Of a stretch of 64,000 nucleotides of DNA, positions 1-9,920 are shown piece by piece. The translations under genes were made by a program, and so were the position numbers. The stretch is from Deltaproteobacteria bacterium (GTDB lineage Bacteria > Myxococcota > Myxococcia > Myxococcales > 40CM-4-68-19): NCBI GenBank assembly GCA_005879535.1, contig VBKI01000070.1, positions 18,173 to 82,172 of the forward strand, written 5' to 3'. Each line of letters starts with the position of its first letter. The stretch's first letter is position 1. Below the pieces are notes generated by a model. The model had not been told where the DNA came from, ran no database searches, and worked only from the letters and a program-made list of their open reading frames with translations.

Positions 1-183
1 TTCTTTGCGCGGGTGGTGACGGAGCTGCACGAGGCGGGAATGTTCGATGAGCCCGCGCGCAGCGAATGCCTGGGCGGCAAGCTCGACTACCGGACGCGCG
101 CGACGGATCGCTGGGTGGGCGGCGTCCTGCTGAGCGGATCGTCCTGCTTCCGCCGCGACGGATCGCGCATCGTTCCGCCCTGA
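1..183 (+). CDS. 3' end of an unidentified protein-coding gene (partial, enters from the left edge)
   Basis: Frame 1 is open from base 1 to TGA at 181-183 (FFARVVTELHEAGMFDEPARSECLGGKLDYRTRATDRWVGGVLLSGSSCFRRDGSRIVPP*). Codon pattern resembles neighbouring genes. Absent from the ORF track because no start lies in the window. No family recognised. Confidence 0.4.
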   Translation, partial: FFARVVTELHEAGMFDEPARSECLGGKLDYRTRATDRWVGGVLLSGSSCFRRDGSRIVPP

Positions 184-192
184 AGCCCGGAG

Positions 193-804
193 TCAGCGGT
201 CGCGCGCGACGCGTTCCGCCGGACAAGGCGCGCCCGCGCCGGCCCAGGCCTTGAACGCGCGAACGAACTCGTCGTGGGAAACGGGCACCGGCTTCCGACC
301 ATATCCTGGCGACCAGCCCCATCGGGTCAGAGCATCGTCCGCCATGTGATGCGTGAGGCCGGCCATGTCGAGTCCGCCATTCTGCCGGCGATCCTTGAGC
401 TGCAGGCAGAGCTCGCGGGAGCTGCGCCCGGCGAACACCATCCTGTGCTCGGGCGGAGGCAGGCGCCATTCCGTCGAGACGCCCGGCGGCATGTGCGCGC
501 CGTAGCTGTCGGGCGGGTTCGCCTTCCCGTGGCAGGTGGAGCAGGCGAGGCCCACAGCTCCGCGGCCGGAAGGACCGCGCTGGACCGATTGCTGATGGAT
601 GTGTCTGTCGTCGCCCTGCGTGGGCTGATCCCCGTTGGGATGGCAATTCACGCAGCGCGGGCTCTGCAGCACGGCGCGGATCGTCTCGAACGACGCGATG
701 GGATCGCTGGCGGCAGAGGGCGCCCCGGACGCCGGGGCCGGGGCGGGTGCGTGCGAGCACGAGATCGCTGCGAAGCCGGCGATGTAGAAAATGGGCGCTC
801 TCAT
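193..804 (-). CDS. c-type cytochrome-like lipoprotein, probable third subunit of the adjacent molybdo-oxidoreductase
   Basis: 203-aa ORF. Lipobox-like N-terminus (FAAISC). Two CxxCH haem-binding motifs (CVNCH, CSTCH). Start lies 7 nt downstream of the large-subunit stop on the same strand. Confidence 0.75.
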   Translation of the reverse strand: MRAPIFYIAGFAAISCSHAPAPAPASGAPSAASDPIASFETIRAVLQSPRCVNCHPNGDQPTQGDDRHIHQQSVQRGPSGRGAVGLACSTCHGKANPPDSYGAHMPPGVSTEWRLPPPEHRMVFAGRSSRELCLQLKDRRQNGGLDMAGLTHHMADDALTRWGWSPGYGRKPVPVSHDEFVRAFKAWAGAGAPCPAERVARDR

Positions 805-811
805 CGACGAC

Positions 812-2953
812 TCACGCCAGCCGAAGCGGCAGCGATCGCAGCCGCTGCCGGGTCAGTGCGTACACCGCGTTGGCGACCGCCGCGGAGATCGGCGCCGCCG
901 CGGGCTCTCCGATGCCTCCCATCTTCGCGTCGCTCTCGAGGACCTGCACCGAGACGTCGGGCATCTCCGGCATGCGCAGGACGAGGTAATCGTGGAAATT
1001 GCTCTGCTCCACGCGGCCCGCCTTCAGCGTCACCTCGCTGTGCAGGACCGCCGCGAGCCCGAAGGCCATCGCGCCCTGGACCTGCGCCTCGATGCCCAGC
1101 GGATTGATGGCCGTCCCGCAATCCACCGCGCAGCTCACCTTGTGCACGTGGATCTCCTTGTCCTTGTCCACGGAGACTTCGGCCACCTGCGCGACGATGC
1201 TGCCGAACGACTCGTGGACGGCGAGCCCGCGCGCGCGACCCTTGGACGGCGGCGTCCCCCAGCCGGCCTTCTTCGCGGCCGCTTTCAAGGCGCGCAGGTG
1301 GCGAGGCTTGTCGGCGAGCAGCATGGAGCGGAATTCGAGCGGATCGCGTCCGGCGGCCCAGGCCAGCTCGTCGATCGCGCTCTCCATCGCGAAGGCGGTG
1401 TGCGTGTTCCCGACGGACCGCCACCAGAGGACAGGGACGGGCAGGCGCGGGGAGTGGACCACGACGCGGCGATCGCGGATGGCCTCGAGATACGGCGAGT
1501 CGACGACGCCCTCGACGGAGGTGGCGTCGATGCCGTTCTTCACCATGAACTGCTCGAACGGCGTTCCCGTGAGGATCGACTGGCCGACGATGCTGTGCCT
1601 CCAGCCGACCGGACGGCCCTGCGAATCCAGGCCGGCCTCGATGCGGTGGAGGAACAGCGGCCGGTAGTAGCCTCCCTGGATGTCGTCCTCGCGGGTCCAG
1701 ACGACCTTCACGGGGACCTTGGCCACCTTGGCGACGTGCACCGCCTCAGCGACGAAGTCCGAGGACGGCGTCGCACGCCGACCGAATCCGCCGCCGAGGA
1801 ACTGCGTATGGATCGAGACGTTCTGCTGCGGGATGCCCGCGATCTTCGCGGCCGTCATCTGATCCATGGTCTGGAACTGGGTGCCGGTCCAGATCTCGCA
1901 GCGGTCTCCCTCCAGCTTCACCGCGCAGTTCATCGGCTCCATGGTGGCGTGGGCGAGGTAGGGGACGTCGTACTCGGCGATGACCTTCTTCGCCGCGCCG
2001 GAGAGCGCGGCGTCCGCGTCGCCCTTTTCCGTGGCGACGGCGCCTTTCGTCTGCGCCTGCGCGCGGTAGTCCTCGAGCAGCTTCGCGCTGTCGAGCGACG
2101 CGCCGGGCCCGAGGTCCCAATCGACCTGGAGCGCGTCGCGGCCGAGCTTCGCGCTCCAGAAGTTGCTCGCGACCACCGCGACACCCGAGGGAACCTGGAC
2201 GACCTGTTCGACGCCCTTGACGGCGCGCGCCTTGGCCGGATCGAACGACTTGACGGTGCCGCCGAACACGGGCGAGCGCGCGACGAGCGCGGTCCGCAGC
2301 CCAGGGAAGCGGACGTCGATCCCGAACCCGGCCTTCCCGATGACCTTCTCCGGCGAATCGAGGCGACGCGTGGGCTTGCCGAGGATCTTCCAGTCCTTGC
2401 GATTCTTGAGCTTGAAGGACTGGGGCGGCGTCTGGCCCTGCGCGGCCACCGCAAGCTCGCCGTAGGAGAGCTTCTCCTTGCCGCGCAGCACGAACCCGTT
2501 CTCCGTGCGCAGCTTCTTCGCGTCCATCTTCCAGTTCGCGGCCGCGGCGCGTACGAGCATCGCCCTCGCCAGCGCGCCCGCCTGGCGGTAGCGGTCGAAC
2601 TCCGACGAGGTGCTTGTCGAGCCGCCGGTCATCTGCATCCCGAAGGCCGGATGCGCGTAGACCGGTGCGGCCGGAGCATGCTCGACGCGGATCTTCGACC
2701 AATCGCAGTCGAGCTCCTCGGCGACGAGCATGGCGAGGCTGGTCCAGATCCCCTGACCCATCTCGGAATGGGCGAGCAGCACCGTCACCGATCCGTCGGG
2801 AGCGACGCGCACGAACGCGTTGGGATCGGGCAATTGCTTCGCCGCCGCCTGCGGCACGGCCCCCAGCTTGCGCGGGACGTGGAAGGCGACGAACAGGCCA
2901 GCCCCGGACAGGAGCGACTTCTGCAGCAGCGCGCGCCTTGTCAGGTTGGTCAT
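812..2953 (-). CDS. molybdopterin-dependent oxidoreductase large subunit (xanthine dehydrogenase family, IorB / aldehyde oxidase beta-like)
   Basis: 713-aa ORF. Twin-arginine signal ([15 protein letters not shown]). Long similarity by eye to IorB-type Mo-binding subunits (GGGFGRR motif). ATGA overlap with the upstream 2Fe-2S gene. Confidence 0.9.
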   Translation of the reverse strand: MTNLTRRALLQKSLLSGAGLFVAFHVPRKLGAVPQAAAKQLPDPNAFVRVAPDGSVTVLLAHSEMGQGIWTSLAMLVAEELDCDWSKIRVEHAPAAPVYAHPAFGMQMTGGSTSTSSEFDRYRQAGALARAMLVRAAAANWKMDAKKLRTENGFVLRGKEKLSYGELAVAAQGQTPPQSFKLKNRKDWKILGKPTRRLDSPEKVIGKAGFGIDVRFPGLRTALVARSPVFGGTVKSFDPAKARAVKGVEQVVQVPSGVAVVASNFWSAKLGRDALQVDWDLGPGASLDSAKLLEDYRAQAQTKGAVATEKGDADAALSGAAKKVIAEYDVPYLAHATMEPMNCAVKLEGDRCEIWTGTQFQTMDQMTAAKIAGIPQQNVSIHTQFLGGGFGRRATPSSDFVAEAVHVAKVAKVPVKVVWTREDDIQGGYYRPLFLHRIEAGLDSQGRPVGWRHSIVGQSILTGTPFEQFMVKNGIDATSVEGVVDSPYLEAIRDRRVVVHSPRLPVPVLWWRSVGNTHTAFAMESAIDELAWAAGRDPLEFRSMLLADKPRHLRALKAAAKKAGWGTPPSKGRARGLAVHESFGSIVAQVAEVSVDKDKEIHVHKVSCAVDCGTAINPLGIEAQVQGAMAFGLAAVLHSEVTLKAGRVEQSNFHDYLVLRMPEMPDVSVQVLESDAKMGGIGEPAAAPISAAVANAVYALTRQRLRSLPLRLA

Positions 2954-3411
2954 CGCTCGGCCCTCCTCTTCGCAGCCGCGCGGTGCACCGCCTCGCGGAT
3001 GCGCTGGTACGTCCCGCAGCGGCAGATGTTGCCCGCCATCGCGACGTCGATCTCCTCGTCACTCGGATCCGGGTTCTGCGCCAGGAGCGCCGCCGCGGAC
3101 ATGATCTGCCCTGGCTGGCAATAGCCGCATTGCACCACGTCCTGATCCACCCAGGCCTTCTGCACGGGATGCGCGCCATCCGGCGAAAGTCCCTCGATGG
3201 TGGTCACCATGCGGTTGCCGACCGCCGAAACCGGCAGCACGCAGGACCGCACGGCCTGGCCTTCGAGGTGCACGGTACAGGCCCCGCACTGGGCCATCCC
3301 GCATCCGTACTTGGTTCCGGTGAGGCCGAGCACCTCTCGCAACACCCAGAGAAGAGGCATGTCGTCGGGCGCATCGACCTGGTGGGCCGTCCCGTTCACG
3401 TTCAGCTGCAT
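2950..3411 (-). CDS. (2Fe-2S)-binding small subunit (IorA/CoxS-like)
   Basis: Internal ATG at 3411 of the 2950..3645 ORF gives 153 aa starting MQLNVNG. Contains [11 protein letters not shown] and CGYCQPG...CRCGTY cluster motifs. The upstream ORF extension is Arg/Pro-rich junk. Confidence 0.9.
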   Translation of the reverse strand: MQLNVNGTAHQVDAPDDMPLLWVLREVLGLTGTKYGCGMAQCGACTVHLEGQAVRSCVLPVSAVGNRMVTTIEGLSPDGAHPVQKAWVDQDVVQCGYCQPGQIMSAAALLAQNPDPSDEEIDVAMAGNICRCGTYQRIREAVHRAAAKRRAER

Positions 3412-3657
3412 CGCAAACCTCGCGGTGTGGTCGGAATCCGTTCGCTGCAGCGCGGGGATCCAAGGGAGTCCCCGGGCCGGAAGATGCGCCAACGGCGCGG
3501 GCGGTTCAATCCTCTTTTGTGGCGCCGTCGGGCGCCCGGCATCGCAGCGCCAGTCGACACTCATCGATGCAGCGGCTTGATCCGTCGTCCCCATCGGGAC
3601 CATGGACGGTCTGCCCTGACGCGACCCACGACGGCCGCCAGGCAAGGGAGAGGGAAC

Positions 3658-5652
3658 ATGCGCATTCGAGGAAGAATCACCGTAGTAGGACTGCTCGCTG
3701 CAGGCGCAACGGCGCTCGGCTGGGCCGTGTTGGCGCGCGCGTCGGGCGAGGATGGCATCGCGAAGCGGGCCGCGAGAGGACAGCTGAAGGCCGCCGTGCT
3801 GAAGATGAAGGTGCAGAAGGACGGCCAGGAGGTGACGGTGACGCGTACCCTGCCCTTCCTGTCCGCGGGCACGGTGGTCGCCGCCCAGCAGGCGCTGGGC
3901 ATCTCGGCTGGCGACGATCGGGAGGAGGCGGCCGACGCGGCCGGCACGGGACAGGACCTGCCCACCGCCGACCTCGGCTCAGGCCCCGGATCTCTCGGGT
4001 GCCCAGGCCGGGACAGCAACGGGAACAAGCGAGTCAACCAGGACTGCAGCTTCCGCCGCCAGGCGGAGGAGACGATCACCTTCAACCCGCTCGATCCCAA
4101 CGAACTGCTTGCGGGCCAGAACGACAGCCGGGTGGGATTCAACCAGTGCGGCATCGACTGGTCGACCGACAACGGCAAGCACTGGGGCGACCTGCTGCCG
4201 CCGTTCCGCCAGAAGCTGAACGAGCCGTTTAGCCAGGAGCCCACTGCCTCCGATCCCAACCGCCACACCATTGGCGGCGGTCCGGGAACGGAACATACGT
4301 ACGACGCCGCCAGCGACCCTGCGGTGGCGATCGACGCCTTCGGTCGCGGCTACTTCAGCTGCGTCGTCTTCGATATACTCAGCAACGCCAGCGCGCTGTT
4401 CGTCACCCAGTCGCCGCCGGGGGCGCACGGATCGTTCTTCTTCAACGTCACGTTCCGCCAGTGGATGGTCGCCGAGGACAACAACGGCCTCGTGTTCCAC
4501 GACAAGAACTTCATCGCAGCGGACCGGGATCCGAACGGCGTCAGCCCCAACAAGGGAAACGTGTACGTGACCTGGACCGTGTTCAGGTTCGACCAGAGCG
4601 GCAGCTATCAGCAGTCGCCAATCTTCGGATCGATGTCGACGGACGGCGGCCGCCACTTCTCTACTCCGGAGGACATCAGCGGCAGCTCGGATACGCTCTG
4701 CTTCTTCGGCAACTTCTTCGATCCGACGCTCGGTGAGCACAAGTGCGACTTCAACCAGGGTTCCGATCCGATCGTCCTCCCGAATGGCGATCTGGAAGTA
4801 ATCTTCAACAACGGGAACACGCCTGCCGGAAACCCGAACGGCCAGCAGCTCGGCGTGCACTGCCATCCAACCGGCAACTCGGCGACAGGGACCGCCCATC
4901 TCAATTGCGTGGAGCCGGCGAAGGTCGGCAACGACATCATCACCGGCGAGCCGCAATGCGACTTCGGGCGCGGGCCAGAGGAGTGCATCCCTGGGGCGTA
5001 TATCCGGACGAACGACTTCCCGCGGATCAGCCGGAATACCGAGAATGGCCATCTGTATGCGGTGTGGCAGGACTACCGGAACCAGGAGTACGATATCCAG
5101 CTTTCCATCTCGACGGACAGCGGGCTCACCTGGCACGAGGCGGGCACGGTGAACCCCGACCGCGGTCTCGATCACTACTTCCCGGCCGTAGACAAAGCGC
5201 TGACCGCAAATGGTTTCAACGACCGCGTCGGCGTCAGCTACTACCGGACCGAGCGCGTCCCGAACGAGAACACGACGCCGACAGGCGGATTCCTCACTTG
5301 CAATCCGAACCAGGGCGGCGATCCCACCGCCTGCAGCGCGGGAGTTGGCCTCGGCAATTCGGACTACGTGCTCGCTGGAGGCACCGGCGCGCAAACGCCA
5401 TATGACTTCAAGGTGGTCTCACCCGTCTTTGCTCCACCGGACGGCGCCCAGACGGGCTTCAATGGCGACTACAGCGGGCTGACGATCAACAAGGGAACCG
5501 ACGCACATCCCATCTGGTCCGATACGCGGAACGTCGACCCCTACGCGCCGGCGAACGGGGTGATTCACGACGAAGATATCTTCACCGACAACGTCGGCCT
5601 CCCGAACGGGCAGGCCAGGGTTACGCTCGGCGCCACCATAGGCCATCGGTAG
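3658..5652 (+). CDS. secreted BNR/Asp-box repeat (sialidase-fold-like) protein
   Basis: ATG at 3658 preceded by GGGAGAGGGA. Signal/TM segment [22 protein letters not shown]. Three Asp-box motifs ([24 protein letters not shown]). The first 348 codons of the 2614..5652 ORF are antisense junk. Confidence 0.8.
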   Translation: MRIRGRITVVGLLAAGATALGWAVLARASGEDGIAKRAARGQLKAAVLKMKVQKDGQEVTVTRTLPFLSAGTVVAAQQALGISAGDDREEAADAAGTGQDLPTADLGSGPGSLGCPGRDSNGNKRVNQDCSFRRQAEETITFNPLDPNELLAGQNDSRVGFNQCGIDWSTDNGKHWGDLLPPFRQKLNEPFSQEPTASDPNRHTIGGGPGTEHTYDAASDPAVAIDAFGRGYFSCVVFDILSNASALFVTQSPPGAHGSFFFNVTFRQWMVAEDNNGLVFHDKNFIAADRDPNGVSPNKGNVYVTWTVFRFDQSGSYQQSPIFGSMSTDGGRHFSTPEDISGSSDTLCFFGNFFDPTLGEHKCDFNQGSDPIVLPNGDLEVIFNNGNTPAGNPNGQQLGVHCHPTGNSATGTAHLNCVEPAKVGNDIITGEPQCDFGRGPEECIPGAYIRTNDFPRISRNTENGHLYAVWQDYRNQEYDIQLSISTDSGLTWHEAGTVNPDRGLDHYFPAVDKALTANGFNDRVGVSYYRTERVPNENTTPTGGFLTCNPNQGGDPTACSAGVGLGNSDYVLAGGTGAQTPYDFKVVSPVFAPPDGAQTGFNGDYSGLTINKGTDAHPIWSDTRNVDPYAPANGVIHDEDIFTDNVGLPNGQARVTLGATIGHR

Positions 5653-5667
5653 CGATCACGTCCGCGG

Positions 5668-5699
5668 ACGGAGGGCGCCCGAGCGGCCCCCTCCGTTTC
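5668..5699 (+). terminator. candidate intrinsic terminator after the BNR gene
   Basis: acggaggg (5668-5675) pairs with ccctccgt (5689-5696), followed by TTT. Located 16 nt after the stop codon. The short T tract makes it weak. Confidence 0.4.
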
Positions 5700-5760
5700 G
5701 CCGCCTCCGCCGGTATCGAGATGCTATTCTCGGCCGACCTCTTTCCCGAGGCGACCGAGA

Positions 5761-7068
5761 ATGGCTGAGAACCTCGCAGAAACGATCCGCCGCAAGCAGA
5801 AGGAGCTGCTGTTCCCCAACGTCGGCACCTATTACGAGGAGGCGCTGCCGCTGGAGTCCGGCCGGGGAATGTTCGTCAAGGACGTGGAGGGGCGCGAGTA
5901 CCTCGACTTCTTCGCCGGCATCCTCACGGTCAGCGTCGGCCACTGCCATCCGGCGGTGACCGAGGCCGCCATCGCGCAGCAGCGCAAGCTGGTGCACGTC
6001 TCGACGCTCTATCCCACGGTGCCGCAGCTGCAGCTGGCCGAGAAGCTCGTGCAGCTGAAGCCGATGAAGGAGCAGGCGAAGGTCTTCTTCACCAACTCCG
6101 GCACCGAGGCGAACGAGACCGCCGTGGCGCTGGCGAAGGAGGCGACGGGACGTCACGAACTGGTCGTCCTCCGCCACAATTATGCGGGCCGCGGGACCTT
6201 GGCGCTGAGCATGATGGGCAACAAGCACTACCGGCCCCGCACGCAGAGCGAGGTGTCCGGCATCCGCTTCGCCCATGCGCCGTACTGCTATCGCTGCGAC
6301 TTCGGCCTGAAGTACCCCGATTGCGGCGTCGCCTGCGCAAAAGATCTCAAGTCCCTCATCGAGACCACGACCGACGGCGAGATCGCCGCCTTCATGGCGG
6401 AGCCGATCATGGGCGTCGGCGGATTCATCACGCCGCCGAAGGAGTACTTCGAGATCGCCGTGCCGATCGCGCGCAATGCGGGCGGCCTGTTCATCGCCGA
6501 CGAGGTGCAGACCGCGTGGGGCCGCACGGGCGGCAAGTGGTGGGGCGTCGAACAGTACGGCGTCGAGCCCGACATCCTCACCAGCGCCAAGGGCATGGCC
6601 AATGGGCAGCCGATCGGCTTGACGATGGCGAAAGCTGCGGTGGCCGACAAGGGCACGTTCGCGAACATCTCGACGTTCGGCGCCAGCCCGATCAGCATGG
6701 CGGCCGCTGGCGCGACCCTCAAGATCATCGAGGAGGAGAAGCTGCTCTTCAATGCGCAGATGATGGGCAAGGCGCTGCGGGAAGGGCTCGAGTCGCTGCA
6801 GCAGCGCTTCCAGGGCATCGGCGAGGTCCGCGGGATGGGGCTGATGCAGGCGATCGAGCTGGTGAAGGATCGCGGTACGAAGGAGCCCGACCCGCAGGGG
6901 ACGAACCGGCTGATGGAGGCGACGCGCAAGCGCGGTCTTCTGATCGGAAAAGGAGGCCTGTACGGGAACGCGCTGCGCATCGCGCCGCCGATGGTGGTCA
7001 ACAAAGGGCAGATCGACGACGCGATCCGGCTGCTCGGCGAGGCGCTCGGAGAGGCGTTGAAGCAATGA
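5761..7068 (+). CDS. class III (aspartate aminotransferase family) pyridoxal-phosphate aminotransferase
   Basis: 435-aa ORF with the typical class III layout (FFAGILTVSVGHCHP, FFTNSGTEANE, DEVQTAWGRTG, SAKGMANG). Confidence 0.9.
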   Translation: MAENLAETIRRKQKELLFPNVGTYYEEALPLESGRGMFVKDVEGREYLDFFAGILTVSVGHCHPAVTEAAIAQQRKLVHVSTLYPTVPQLQLAEKLVQLKPMKEQAKVFFTNSGTEANETAVALAKEATGRHELVVLRHNYAGRGTLALSMMGNKHYRPRTQSEVSGIRFAHAPYCYRCDFGLKYPDCGVACAKDLKSLIETTTDGEIAAFMAEPIMGVGGFITPPKEYFEIAVPIARNAGGLFIADEVQTAWGRTGGKWWGVEQYGVEPDILTSAKGMANGQPIGLTMAKAAVADKGTFANISTFGASPISMAAAGATLKIIEEEKLLFNAQMMGKALREGLESLQQRFQGIGEVRGMGLMQAIELVKDRGTKEPDPQGTNRLMEATRKRGLLIGKGGLYGNALRIAPPMVVNKGQIDDAIRLLGEALGEALKQ

Positions 7069-7535
7069 GAAGAGCGCTACTCGCCATCCTGCTCGTGGTC
7101 GCGTGCAAGCGTCAGGCTCGGCCGCCTTCGCTCGGCGAAGCCATCTCCGTCGAGCAGCCGGGAGGATCGGCGTCGCAGCTCTTCTCGCAGGGCAGCGAGA
7201 TCCCCACCAGCGCTACGGAGAGCTTCACCACCGCGAAGGACAACGAAAAGCGGCTGCTGGTGCATGTGCTGCGCGGCGCCGGACGGACGGCGGCGAACCT
7301 CAAGTCCGAGGCATGGTGGGAAGTGGACGGTGTGTCCCCGGCCCGGGCTGCGGAGCCGCGCGTCATGGTTACGTTCGAAGTGGATGCGCAGGGCCATCTC
7401 GCCCTCAGCGCGCGCGAGGATGACAGGCGGTTATCGGTGAAGAAGCTGGACGACCTTCCCAGTGTCAAGACGGCGCCCTCCCCCCTCGCGGAACCGGACG
7501 ACGACGAGGATCTGGAGGAAGATCCTCCCGAGTAG
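7065..7535 (+). CDS. lipoprotein resembling the Hsp70/DnaK substrate-binding beta-domain
   Basis: ATG at 7065 overlaps the aminotransferase TGA (ATGA). Lipobox LLVVAC. Residues about 45-120 (IPTSATESFTTAKDNEKRLLVHVLRG...VMVTFEVDAQGHLALSA) parallel DnaK ([26 protein letters not shown]...[17 protein letters not shown]). Acidic tail. Confidence 0.75.
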   Translation: MRRALLAILLVVACKRQARPPSLGEAISVEQPGGSASQLFSQGSEIPTSATESFTTAKDNEKRLLVHVLRGAGRTAANLKSEAWWEVDGVSPARAAEPRVMVTFEVDAQGHLALSAREDDRRLSVKKLDDLPSVKTAPSPLAEPDDDEDLEEDPPE

Positions 7536-7543
7536 GGCGCCGT

Positions 7544-8623
7544 ATGCCGAACCTGATTGCGCTGGCGATCCCGTTCTTCTTCCTGCTCATCGGCGTCGAG
7601 CTGTGGGCGGCAAAGCGCCGCGGGCTCAAGCTCTACCGGTTCGCGGACGTCGTCGCCGACCTCTCTTGCGGCATGACGCAGCAGATCCTGCTGGTCTTCG
7701 AAGTCGCCGTGATCACGGGCGGTTACGTCTGGTTGTACCAGCACCGCCTGTTCACCTTTCGCGAGGGCTCCCCTTGGCCGTGGGTGATCGCCTTCGTGGC
7801 GGTCGACCTCGTCTACTACTGGTGGCACCGCCTCTCGCACCGGGTGAACCTGCTCTGGGCGGTCCACGCCGTGCACCACCAGAGCGAGGATTACAACTTC
7901 GCCGTCGCCCTGCGGCAGGCCGTGCTCTCGGTCTGGACCATCTGGCCGCTGCACCTTCCCCTGGCGCTGATCGGCATCCCGCCGGCGACCTTCCTCGTCG
8001 TCGACTCGCTGAGCACCCTGTACCAGTTCTGGATCCATACCGAGCTGGTGGGAAGGCTCGGCTGGTACGAGTGGATCTTCAACACGCCGTCGCAGCATCG
8101 CGTGCACCACGCGATCAATCCCCGATACCTCGACCGCAACTACGCGGCGACGCTCTGCATCTGGGATCGCCTGTTCGGCACGTACGTCGAGGAGCGCGAG
8201 CAACCCGTCTACGGGCTGGTGAAGCCGCTCCGGAGCTTCGACCCGCTCAAGGCGCAGGTATACCATTTCCTCGAGATCGGCCGGCGAGCCCGGACGATGC
8301 GCGGGCTCGACCGCCTGCGTGCGCTCTTCCGGGGTCCCGAATGGGGCCATCCGCCCGCGCCGGAGATCACCCGCGCCGAGCAGCGGAAGCACGCGGCCGA
8401 GCTCACGGGACGTCAGTTGGCGTGGCTTGCCACGACGCTGGTGATCGGAATCGTCGCGACCTTCCTGCTGCTCTGGTTTCAGTTCTCGCTGCCGCTCTGG
8501 AAGCGGATCGCCGTCGCTGGCTTCGTCCTGGCGCTGATGGCGAGCTGGGGCCTTCTTCTCGATCGGCGTCTGATCTGGAGCAGGAGCGCGAGCGCGCCCA
8601 GCGCGGCGCCCGGTCCGGTCTGA
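7544..8623 (+). CDS. fatty acid hydroxylase / sterol desaturase family membrane protein
   Basis: 359 aa. Histidine boxes HRLSH, HAVHH, HRVHH. Several TM segments, including a C-terminal extension. Confidence 0.85.
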   Translation: MPNLIALAIPFFFLLIGVELWAAKRRGLKLYRFADVVADLSCGMTQQILLVFEVAVITGGYVWLYQHRLFTFREGSPWPWVIAFVAVDLVYYWWHRLSHRVNLLWAVHAVHHQSEDYNFAVALRQAVLSVWTIWPLHLPLALIGIPPATFLVVDSLSTLYQFWIHTELVGRLGWYEWIFNTPSQHRVHHAINPRYLDRNYAATLCIWDRLFGTYVEEREQPVYGLVKPLRSFDPLKAQVYHFLEIGRRARTMRGLDRLRALFRGPEWGHPPAPEITRAEQRKHAAELTGRQLAWLATTLVIGIVATFLLLWFQFSLPLWKRIAVAGFVLALMASWGLLLDRRLIWSRSASAPSAAPGPV

Positions 8624-9420
8624 GCCTGCGAGCAGCCGCAGCCCGAGGACGATTCCGGCGCAAGGCAGGTCACCGTGGGCTGTCCTTTCGGGTAGATGGC
8701 GCAGATGCCGGCGATGTCGTCCGTTCCCAGGCGACGTTTGCTCGTCTCCCCCGGCGGCGCATTGGCGTACATCGTCGCATTCGAGTCCAGCGAGTGATCG
8801 AGTCCCAGCGTGTGGCCGGCCTCGTGCGTGACCGTGTTCTGGACGTCGATGCAGCCCGTCCCGGACGCGGTCGGGCAAGGGAGGACGTCGACGACGCTGA
8901 AGGTGAATTTCGTTCCGGCGCTGGAGGGCGCGTCGTTCAGCTCGATGTCGGTGTCGAGGATCTGGCCGGTGAGACGGTTGGCGGTGGTGGTCGTGGTAGC
9001 GATGACGCTATCGCCGTGACTGTCATCCCAGCAGTCGTAGGCGTTCGAGCATCCGCCTTGGGTCAGGCAGGGGTCGTTGGCGGGAACGACGTCGCGGCAC
9101 GCGCGCGTCCGCCACAGCACCAGATTGTGGTTCGTGCTCCCCTGGAAGTAGCCGACGAGCCGGTTTTGCGCAGAGGTGGAGAGAGACTCCTCGGGGAACG
9201 CGAGATCGGTGCAGGAGACCGCCGCCCAGGTCGCGAGGCTGCTGCGAATGGCGGCGAAGGTGTCGGCGGTGGGCGCATCCGGGGTGCCCTGCGAGTCGAT
9301 CTGGAAGCCGTGGCCGCGGCTCTGCCACCACACACACAGGCCGGTGCCGTTCGTTTTCGTGCGCACCCATGCGCGCGCGGGCAAGGCGCAGAAGAGGAGA
9401 ACGACCGCGACACGCTTCAC
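8479..9420 (-). CDS. secreted matrixin-like (M10) zinc metalloprotease with MYXO-CTERM-type sorting tail
   Basis: Signal peptide. HEAGHTLGLDH zinc motif. C-terminal GCGCSQAQTGPGAALGALALLLQIRRRSRRR resembles the myxobacterial GCGC + TM + Arg-rich sorting signal. The ORF then runs about 22 codons further and overlaps the convergent gene. Confidence 0.85.
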   Translation of the reverse strand: MKRVAVVLLFCALPARAWVRTKTNGTGLCVWWQSRGHGFQIDSQGTPDAPTADTFAAIRSSLATWAAVSCTDLAFPEESLSTSAQNRLVGYFQGSTNHNLVLWRTRACRDVVPANDPCLTQGGCSNAYDCWDDSHGDSVIATTTTTANRLTGQILDTDIELNDAPSSAGTKFTFSVVDVLPCPTASGTGCIDVQNTVTHEAGHTLGLDHSLDSNATMYANAPPGETSKRRLGTDDIAGICAIYPKGQPTVTCLAPESSSGCGCSQAQTGPGAALGALALLLQIRRRSRRRPQLAISARTKPATAIRFQSGSEN

Positions 9421-9911
9421 CGCCGGGCGCTCCGCAGGACGCGGGCGCGCAGCTCGTCGAGCGAGAGATCGTCCTGTTCGGCGGGCGCACAGCGTAGACA
9501 GGTCAGCCCGTGCCGATCGCGCATGGCGCGCTTCGGCAGATCCGCCGGCGCTCCGACAGCGAACTTTCCCAGCGCCATGCCCTCGACGCCGTACGTTCCG
9601 GGCGCGCGTCGGTGCAGAAACACCACCACTTCCTCGCCGTCACGAAAGGCGGCGGCGCCCTGCACCGTCTGGGAGAGATCGCCGACTTCGCCGCCAGGCA
9701 CGAGGACAGTCACCTCCCCTGCCGGCGTGCCCTTCCATGCCTCGATGGAATGAAGGACGACGGCGGTGAAGATCTGTCCGCCCCCCTTCGTCCACGCGCT
9801 GGTCCGCCGGATCACGCGCCCGTACACGACCGCGTCCGCCGATGCGGTCAACGACTCGATGTCGAACGGTCCCTGGACCGTCGCAGCGATGAGCAGCGCG
9901 AGCAGCATCAA
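9417..9911 (-). CDS. hypothetical secreted protein
   Basis: 164-aa ORF with a hydrophobic N-terminus. 4-nt overlap with the downstream protease gene suggests co-translation. No family recognised. Confidence 0.6.
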   Translation of the reverse strand: MMLLALLIAATVQGPFDIESLTASADAVVYGRVIRRTSAWTKGGGQIFTAVVLHSIEAWKGTPAGEVTVLVPGGEVGDLSQTVQGAAAFRDGEEVVVFLHRRAPGTYGVEGMALGKFAVGAPADLPKRAMRDRHGLTCLRCAPAEQDDLSLDELRARVLRSARR

Positions 9912-9920
9912 GCGAGGGTA

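Noticed and set aside
791-3124. 777-aa plus-strand ORF and several 200-480-aa ORFs overlapping the Mo-oxidoreductase genes
   Set aside because: They are antisense or off-frame to clearly homologous IorA/IorB-type genes. Composition is dominated by Arg/Gly/Asp/Leu, typical of reverse-frame translation.
5656-7065. 469-aa minus-strand ORF
   Set aside because: It is antisense to the class III aminotransferase and shows no recognisable motifs.
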